Shown piece by piece: positions 58,068 to 64,000 of a DNA stretch of 64,000 nucleotides; positions within the stretch are counted from its first letter, which is position 1; each line of letters begins with the position of its first letter. The notes under the pieces were generated by a model that worked only from the letters and a program-made list of their open reading frames with translations, had not been told where the DNA came from and made no database searches. The position numbers and the translations under genes were made by a program. The stretch is from the NCBI GenBank assembly GCA_902595225.1, contig CACJPG010000001.1, forward strand, positions 3,583 through 67,582, read 5' to 3'. This stretch comes from an uncultured Thiothrix sp. (GTDB taxonomy: Bacteria > Pseudomonadota > Gammaproteobacteria > Poriferisulfidales > GCA-002705445).

Positions 58068-58530
58068 TATTCAAAATTCTTTACTAGTAAATTTCTCAGA
58101 AATGAGTGAGAAAGATATTGTAGATGTCCTCGCTATTGAGCAAGAGTCATATGGTTATCCGTGGTCAGAGAAAATTTTTTATGATTGTATAAATAATAAT
58201 TATTTATGCAGAGTACTCACTCTGGATGATAACCTTATTGGATATTTAATATCTTCACTAGTTCAAGATGAATGCCATATTATGAATCTATGTGTAAAAA
58301 AAGAATACAGAAACTTTGGTTATGGAAAATTAATTCTGAATGAGTTACATAAAGAACTATTTGAGCTCAAGTGTAAAATTATATTTTTAGAATGTAGACC
58401 TAGCAATAATAGTGCTTTAAAACTATATCAGTCTTTAGGTTATAATGAGATTGGAAAAAGAAGAAACTATTATCCTGCCCCAAATGGTTACGAAGATGCT
58501 ATTATTCTTGCAAAAGATATCAAAAAATAA
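58060..58530 (+). CDS. rimI: Ribosomal-protein-alanine N-acetyltransferase
   Basis: It has the GNAT motif A (NLCVKKEYRNFGYGKLIL) and the C-terminal ALKLYQSLGYNEIGKRRNYY. Confidence 0.85.
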   Translation: MSSIQNSLLVNFSEMSEKDIVDVLAIEQESYGYPWSEKIFYDCINNNYLCRVLTLDDNLIGYLISSLVQDECHIMNLCVKKEYRNFGYGKLILNELHKELFELKCKIIFLECRPSNNSALKLYQSLGYNEIGKRRNYYPAPNGYEDAIILAKDIKK

Positions 58531-58537
58531 ACTAAAA

Positions 58538-58711
58538 ATGAAAGATGTAATATTTAGTGTTTTGTCTAGTTTTATTGGCATACAATCTAATAAAAATAGA
58601 GAAAGAGATTTTAAATCCAGTTCGGCTTATTATTTTATTTTTTTTGGCCTTGCAATTACTTTAATATTTATTATTTTTTTATATATTTTTGTGAACTTTA
58701 TACTTCTATAA
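58538..58711 (+). CDS. DUF2970-like small membrane protein
   Basis: I trimmed the start to the ATG at 58538. SVLSSFIGIQSNKNRERDF followed by one TM helix matches the DUF2970 pattern I recall. Confidence 0.55.
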   Translation: MKDVIFSVLSSFIGIQSNKNRERDFKSSSAYYFIFFGLAITLIFIIFLYIFVNFILL

Positions 58712-61130
58712 GCTTAATTTCATCATCATCACTTCTTTCAATTGAAAACTTGGTTTTATTTTCTATATGCATATTTATCTCATCTATATAGGTTTTTAAA
58801 TTTTCAATTATTGGCTCAAAATCGTCTCTTGAAAAAGATATTCTTTTTGTAGTATTTTTAGATATATTTATAAAATAATATTCGAAAAGTTCAACATCTG
58901 GCTCAATAAGAGCGTAGAATGGTAACTGAAGATGATCCCCATCCATTATAGATTTTTTTGATGGTAAATTTGACGATACTTTAAAGTCAACAATCGCTAC
59001 TTGGCCATTCATTTTATACTTCAGATCATATCTTCCAACAAGCTTGATATTATTGTATATACGAGAAATAGACCTCTCTGGCCTAAAATCACTTCTAAGA
59101 ATATCTTCAGAATTACAAAATACTTCTTTAGCAACTTCTGGAATTAATTTTTTCCACAACTCAATTTCGTATGGAATGTCGTTACTGAGATAAAATTTAT
59201 CTTCTAGATCTTCAGTTAATGATATTAAAGCTTCTATTACTAATTTTTCATCTTTATTATTTCCAATTTTCTCTGCTGTATTTTTTAATATAGAATGTAT
59301 ATATGTTCCAAAAATTAAATATTTATTGCTAACCCTAGAAAAACTTTCAGGAAATTTTTTTCCTTTATAAAAACTGTATAAGCAATCTCTAAAATTTTCA
59401 ATATCTTTATAATTTAGCTTTTTAAAAGTATTATCTAGACATATATAATCAATTAATTTATTTCTTAAAATTAAAGGTTTTTTATCAGGAATTTTATTTT
59501 TAACAACTTTTTTATTAAGAATATTATCAGCTACTAGTTTAAATTTAGATTTAGAAAAAATTTCACTATTATCATTTTTGTGAAACGAAAGACAAATACT
59601 ATTTGAAAATTTTGAAATTTGAAAAAAATCACTGATCGTTTCCTTTTCGAGAACATTTGACGAAATACTTAGCTCTGAAAATATTGTATTCTTTTCTGAA
59701 AAGTTATTTATAATTTTTTTAGGATAGTTCTTGTTTGACATTGAGCATATATATATTTTGTCAAAATTATTAATTAATGCTTGTTGTATATTAGTATAAG
59801 TTACCTTACTATTGTTTTTGTTAGAAAAGGTGTTTTTTTCTAATTTTCTCCTAATAATTTTACACCATTCATTAATATTTTTTTCTTGATTAAAAGAATT
59901 TATATTAATAAATTCTAAAATTCTCAAAAATTCCTTGCCAGCCGAATCATTGGTAATTATTTCGTATGATTTAAAATCTTTTAACTTATTTTCAATAAAA
60001 TTTTTAATATTATTAAAACTACATCTATCTTCTAAATTAGTGTTGGATTCAAAATATTCATCAAAGAATTTATTTTTATTTTTAAAATTAACTATATTAA
60101 TATTTATGTTACCTTTTTGATGTAACACTATTTTTTCTAATAATTTATTTTTTTCATGATTGCTCATTTTAATTTGAAAGTAGGGTGACTTTAATATGTC
60201 TCTTAGCGAAGAATAACTATTATCCTCAAAAAAATAATTCATAATATTGTTTATATAGCTACAGCATGAACTTGTTGATAAAACCCAACCGCTATCATCA
60301 TTTACATCTATATTATTTCTTGCGAGTAATGCACGAAGTCTCCTGGCAAAGTATCTATCATTTGTGATTAGCCCTATATTTTTTATTTTTTCATTTTTAT
60401 TTTGAATACATATATCATTTGCTAAAAATGATAATTCGTCCTCATGAGAAAAAAAATCATATGAATTGTATTTTTCCATATCAATGTCACTAATATCATT
60501 TTCTGCTTTTAATTGAAAATTTACATTTTTATATCTTAAGACATTTGGAATATTTTTATTAATCCACAGTCTTTCAATTTCATAAAAGTCTTGGATATTG
60601 ATAACATGATGTATTGCATCTGAAAATAAAGTAAAATTTTCTTTAAGAAGACTTATATATTTATTAATATAAGATTCCTCGTCAATTGTATATTTCATCC
60701 ATAATTTAATAACTTCTAAAAAGATTTTTGATTCATAAGACAATACATTTTTCTCAAGATATTTTATTTTCTCTAAGACATTTTTTTCATCGGAATTATG
60801 TATTTCATTGTTTACTATTACTTGATTGATACTTTCATAAATATTTTCTATTTCATCTATATAGTTATATTTACTAAGAAAGGATTGTGTTTTGGTGAGT
60901 ATATTTTCTAAAAAAATTAAATCTTTATTTCTATAGAATCCAACTTCCTCGCTATTTAAGTGAAAAATATATTCATCAGGTGTGTATATTTTGAGATTTT
61001 TATTATTAACCTTTTCTAACGATGAATATAAAAATCTTTTAGAAATATTTTTATTGGCTATTATTACGTGTCTTCTTTCTTTATTTTTATCTATTTCTAA
61101 TGAGATTTTTTTTATAATTGAATGACCCAT
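58698..61130 (-). CDS. AddB-like PD-(D/E)XK nuclease family DNA repair protein (no Walker A seen)
   Basis: It is 810 aa. NIGLITNDRYFARRLRALLARNNIDVNDDSGWVLSTSS resembles the AddB core motif (vTpDr.LARRv...L.r.gI.v.DSaG..L). The C-terminal nuclease motif is GRYDLKYKMNGQVAIVDFKVSS...HLQLPFYALI. Confidence 0.6.
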   Translation of the reverse strand: MGHSIIKKISLEIDKNKERRHVIIANKNISKRFLYSSLEKVNNKNLKIYTPDEYIFHLNSEEVGFYRNKDLIFLENILTKTQSFLSKYNYIDEIENIYESINQVIVNNEIHNSDEKNVLEKIKYLEKNVLSYESKIFLEVIKLWMKYTIDEESYINKYISLLKENFTLFSDAIHHVINIQDFYEIERLWINKNIPNVLRYKNVNFQLKAENDISDIDMEKYNSYDFFSHEDELSFLANDICIQNKNEKIKNIGLITNDRYFARRLRALLARNNIDVNDDSGWVLSTSSCCSYINNIMNYFFEDNSYSSLRDILKSPYFQIKMSNHEKNKLLEKIVLHQKGNININIVNFKNKNKFFDEYFESNTNLEDRCSFNNIKNFIENKLKDFKSYEIITNDSAGKEFLRILEFININSFNQEKNINEWCKIIRRKLEKNTFSNKNNSKVTYTNIQQALINNFDKIYICSMSNKNYPKKIINNFSEKNTIFSELSISSNVLEKETISDFFQISKFSNSICLSFHKNDNSEIFSKSKFKLVADNILNKKVVKNKIPDKKPLILRNKLIDYICLDNTFKKLNYKDIENFRDCLYSFYKGKKFPESFSRVSNKYLIFGTYIHSILKNTAEKIGNNKDEKLVIEALISLTEDLEDKFYLSNDIPYEIELWKKLIPEVAKEVFCNSEDILRSDFRPERSISRIYNNIKLVGRYDLKYKMNGQVAIVDFKVSSNLPSKKSIMDGDHLQLPFYALIEPDVELFEYYFINISKNTTKRISFSRDDFEPIIENLKTYIDEINMHIENKTKFSIERSDDDEIKLIEV

Positions 61131-61205
61131 ATTTTTGTATATATTGCTTGTTAATGTATTTTATTATATAAAATATCATAGTTTTACTATTATTTTGAGT
61201 TCGAT

Positions 61206-61601
61206 ATGTCTGTCATAAATTTTCAAGAATACAAAGCTCGTTTAGAAAAGCCAAATTATACATCAGAGCCAAAACCTGGTAGGAATTTATATAAAAAAAA
61301 TCTTATAGAAAAAAGAATGTTTTTTGATAAGAATATGCGTGATTACATAAATAATCCCTATATTGAAAAATGTAAATTTTCTTTAAATGAGTGTATTGTA
61401 AAATTTAGCTCGAGAGATCTTCAGACTGACTTCTTGCTAATTTTACAGGATTATTCTCCTGAGGAATTTGATTCAAATTTTGCGACGTGGGAATTTTGTA
61501 TTTATAACATTTCAAACGAAGAGTATATTGATTCAAGGTTTTTTACTTCTTCAGAGATGGCTATTAAATACTTTATTTCAAAGATTAAATACTCTATATA
61601 A
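61206..61601 (+). CDS. Hypothetical protein (131 aa, ORFan by eye)
   Basis: A clean ORF. I recognise no motif. Confidence 0.4.
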   Translation: MSVINFQEYKARLEKPNYTSEPKPGRNLYKKNLIEKRMFFDKNMRDYINNPYIEKCKFSLNECIVKFSSRDLQTDFLLILQDYSPEEFDSNFATWEFCIYNISNEEYIDSRFFTSSEMAIKYFISKIKYSI

Positions 61602-61609
61602 ATTTAGAT

Positions 61610-62089
61610 ATGAAAACCAAACGACTCACAATCTTTTTGCTCTTTTTTGCTTCCCAGGTTATTGCATCAGATGATTTGAATGGAACAAACTTATTTTGTG
61701 AAGAACATAATTTGTTTGTAACATACAATTTTCTGGATAACAAAAGATACCAAACTACTAATTATTTTCTTGTTCATTTTGATATCGGAATCCGAGAAGG
61801 TACATATGGTTATTTAAATAATCCTAGATACCTTTATTTAAAAGCTGATAAAAAATTAGTAATATATAATAAGTTAAACAAAACTGATAATGAGAAAAAC
61901 TGGAAGAAGAAAGTCGTAGAAGTCCCAAAGCTTGACTACTACTTAGATACAGAAGATTTGTATATTACTTTTTCACCTGGCAAACACTCTATGATAAAAA
62001 GCTCATGTAAACTTTTTGACGGAACAGCAGACGAGTTACGAGAAAGTAGTTTAAAAAAGTATCTTAAAAACTTCGATAATGATAATTAA
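61610..62089 (+). CDS. Hypothetical secreted protein (159 aa)
   Basis: It has the signal peptide MKTKRLTIFLLFFASQVIA and starts 8 nt after the preceding ORF. I recognise no motif. Confidence 0.45.
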   Translation: MKTKRLTIFLLFFASQVIASDDLNGTNLFCEEHNLFVTYNFLDNKRYQTTNYFLVHFDIGIREGTYGYLNNPRYLYLKADKKLVIYNKLNKTDNEKNWKKKVVEVPKLDYYLDTEDLYITFSPGKHSMIKSSCKLFDGTADELRESSLKKYLKNFDNDN

Positions 62090-62239
62090 TAGAGCTTTTG
62101 ACGAATTAAAATAATATATGAAATGCTAAATTTAACTTTTTAGGTCTTAATTAGGCTTACTGTTTGGTCTACCATTTGATCTACCATACCTTTTAGTAAT
62201 TAAATAGTAGCTACTAATCAATACTATAGAAGGGTGTAT

Positions 62240-62591
62240 GGTGGAGGCGGCGGGGATCGAACCCGCGTCCGCAAATCCTCTGCCTTCGGTACTACATGTT
62301 TAGCTTCGTTATCAAAATTCATGAAAATAAAGTAAACGAGCAGACATTTATTCTCACTATCCAATTAAGTTTCGCAGATATTCTAATGGCGAGAATAAAA
62401 GCTATCTTGTGTTAAGCGACACCAAACTGAAATGCACAAGCACGTTTCTGAATGATGACCAGCAGGATTAAGCTGCTAGTGCGTAGTTGTCTTCGTTTGC
62501 AACTATAATTTATAGCATTTTTTACGAGAATAGCTATATACTCGACATGCACCTAGGGTTTTGCAATCCACGTCGAATCCAGATCGCCCCC
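62240..62591 (-). ncRNA. ssrA: tmRNA (SsrA), tag peptide ANEDNYALAA
   Basis: The minus strand begins GGGGGCGATCTGGATTCGACGTGGATT... (62591 downward). It ends ...GGTTCGATCCCCGCCGCCTCCACCA at 62240. The tag ORF gca aac gaa gac aac tac gca cta gca gct taa occupies 62500..62468. Confidence 0.95.
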
Positions 62592-62695
62592 AATATCATA
62601 ATTATACTACATACTAAATTTTGTATAAATAGGTCGGCGATTATAGATTAAGAAGATATAAACAGCAAATTAGAAAGATACGTAAAATTCAATTT

Positions 62696-63568
62696 TTATA
62701 TTCTCTTACTTTTGGAAACTTCGTCCTTAATCTCATCATTAGCATTAGAAATTTGCTTAAGGCCTCTATCAATTGTATCGCTCTTAGCAAAAATTTTCTC
62801 AAGAATAGAGTTTAATTGTTCAACTTTTATTTTTTCTGCTCCAATATCACCTTCTGCAGTAAATCTATGATGTTGTTCAGCAAGAAGATGAGCGATAATT
62901 ATCACATCTTTATAAGAACTTAAATAAACATTAGACTCTTTCCCAATACTTAAAAGTTCTGGTGACATTTGTAACGCTGAGGAAGGTACCGCTAAAATAC
63001 AGTTGCCTATAGTATTTGGCTGATTTTGATATTTTTGAATGTTTTCAATTTCTTTCTTTACTTTATCTTTTACTTTCTTTGATAATGATTTTTTATGGAC
63101 AGTATCTTCAGATTTATCATGCTCTTCAACCAATGCTTTAATCTCTGGAAACTTTGCATCAATTGGTATGTATTTTCCTTCACTTACTTTCCAGGCAAAC
63201 TCAACAATCTTTGTTCCTATTTTTAGATCTTTTTTTACTTCGCCTGTTTTTATTGATGATTCTAAGTAAAGTCCAAGTAAAGCCTCACCAGCTATTCCTT
63301 TTGATTTTGTCCCAGTTAAAGTTCTTTCTATAGATGACATTTTGTCAAGCATATTACCAAGGCTTTCCTCTGACCTTTCATTCTCCTTCTTGATTTCACT
63401 AAAAAAATCCGTCAACTTAGTCTTTACTGTTCCTTCAAGCTCTCCAAAATTCTTAACAATCTTGTCTTGGTCGGTAGATTTTATTTTGTATATTATAAAT
63501 ATGAGCAAAAAAGAAATAAGAACTAAAAGCGCTAATATTAATAATGTAGATATGTCTGTTTCAGGCAT
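62696..63568 (-). CDS. rmuC: DNA recombination protein RmuC (short form)
   Basis: It has an N-terminal TM helix, a coiled coil, then GIAGEALLGLYLE and KYIPIDAKFP, typical of the RmuC nuclease-like domain. It is 290 aa. Confidence 0.75.
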   Translation of the reverse strand: MPETDISTLLILALLVLISFLLIFIIYKIKSTDQDKIVKNFGELEGTVKTKLTDFFSEIKKENERSEESLGNMLDKMSSIERTLTGTKSKGIAGEALLGLYLESSIKTGEVKKDLKIGTKIVEFAWKVSEGKYIPIDAKFPEIKALVEEHDKSEDTVHKKSLSKKVKDKVKKEIENIQKYQNQPNTIGNCILAVPSSALQMSPELLSIGKESNVYLSSYKDVIIIAHLLAEQHHRFTAEGDIGAEKIKVEQLNSILEKIFAKSDTIDRGLKQISNANDEIKDEVSKSKRI

Positions 63569-63690
63569 ACAATGGTTCTCCAGCTAATCAATACAAATAT
63601 ATATGATAATTAAGTCTAAAAATATAAATTATTTTGATTAAATGCTATAGTTACGCAGATTATTCTTTATATTAAATTCTATGTATTGAT

Positions 63691-64000
63691 ATGCTTATAT
63701 TGTTTGAAAAAGAAGCCTCTAAGTCTCAGTTGAATCAAAAAATTGCTGACAAAATATCAAAAATTACAAAAAATAATCAAGTATTTTCAATATATTATGC
63801 ATATTTTCTAGATTTAAAATCAGATTTAGATGAAAAAGAAATTTTGATTGCGAAGAAGCTTTTGCTATCTGATAATTTTTCAAATCAATTATCGAATAAA
63901 AAATATCTCCTTATAACACCAAGAATAGGAGTTGAATCATCATGGGGCTCAAAAGCTAGAGATATATTTTATGCTTCTGGCATAAACAAGCTTAAAGCGA
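63691..64000 (+). CDS. purL: Phosphoribosylformylglycinamidine synthase, N-terminal part (continues beyond the window)
   Basis: YYAYFLDLKSDLDEKE...LLITPRIGVESSWGSKARDIF parallels the E. coli PurL N-terminus ([22 protein letters not shown]). The ORF is open to the window end. Confidence 0.85.
   Translation, partial: MLILFEKEASKSQLNQKIADKISKITKNNQVFSIYYAYFLDLKSDLDEKEILIAKKLLLSDNFSNQLSNKKYLLITPRIGVESSWGSKARDIFYASGINKLKA

Noticed and set aside
61468-61674. A 68-aa ORF bridges the two ORFans near ssrA.
   Set aside because: It overlaps both better-supported ORFs out of frame and has no independent signal.

Overview
The window is a densely coding, very AT-rich chromosomal segment (GC judged by eye, not computed). 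It looks like a streamlined, probably marine, gammaproteobacterium. Most of it is housekeeping DNA whose gene order matches E. coli or Pseudomonas blocks as I recall them. These blocks are rne/rluC-maf-rpmF-plsX-fabH; uvrC-pgsA-tRNA Gly/Cys...Leu; trxB/ftsK-lolA-crcB-serS; aspS-nudB-yebC-[slot]-ybgC-tolQRAB-pal-cpoB-queE-queC-tRNA-Lys; bepA; ilvIHC-pssA-leuA; holD-like-rimI; ssrA (tmRNA); rmuC; and purL. I hand-folded five tRNAs and one tmRNA. I saw no CRISPR array, IS element, integrase or prophage. The accessory or unusual content is as follows. (1) A glucosyl/mannosyl-glycerate compatible-solute cluster sits just after tRNA-Leu, and its synthase has no canonical start codon. (2) A sulfur-trafficking cluster (DsrE-like, TusA-like, SQR-like flavoprotein, DUF1641, membrane protein, 2-Cys peroxiredoxin) precedes a Tat-less SoeABC-like molybdoenzyme and two tiny overlapping paralogous membrane-peptide ORFs. 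(3) There is a GldA/F/G-type ABC system with a DUF4340 partner. (4) A 104-aa archaeal-Hjc-like nuclease ORF sits exactly where ruvC-ruvA-ruvB would be expected. (5) tolA is split by a frameshift in a polypurine tract that contains an A9 run. (6) A signal-less molybdopterin oxidoreductase of unclear subfamily is paired with an FNR-like flavoprotein fused to a 2x[4Fe-4S] ferredoxin, flanked by a GPH/MFS transporter and amtB. (7) An orphan, extremely AT-rich AddB-like PD-(D/E)XK protein and two ORFans lie next to ssrA. All family assignments come from reading motifs and recalled homologs; no database search was run.
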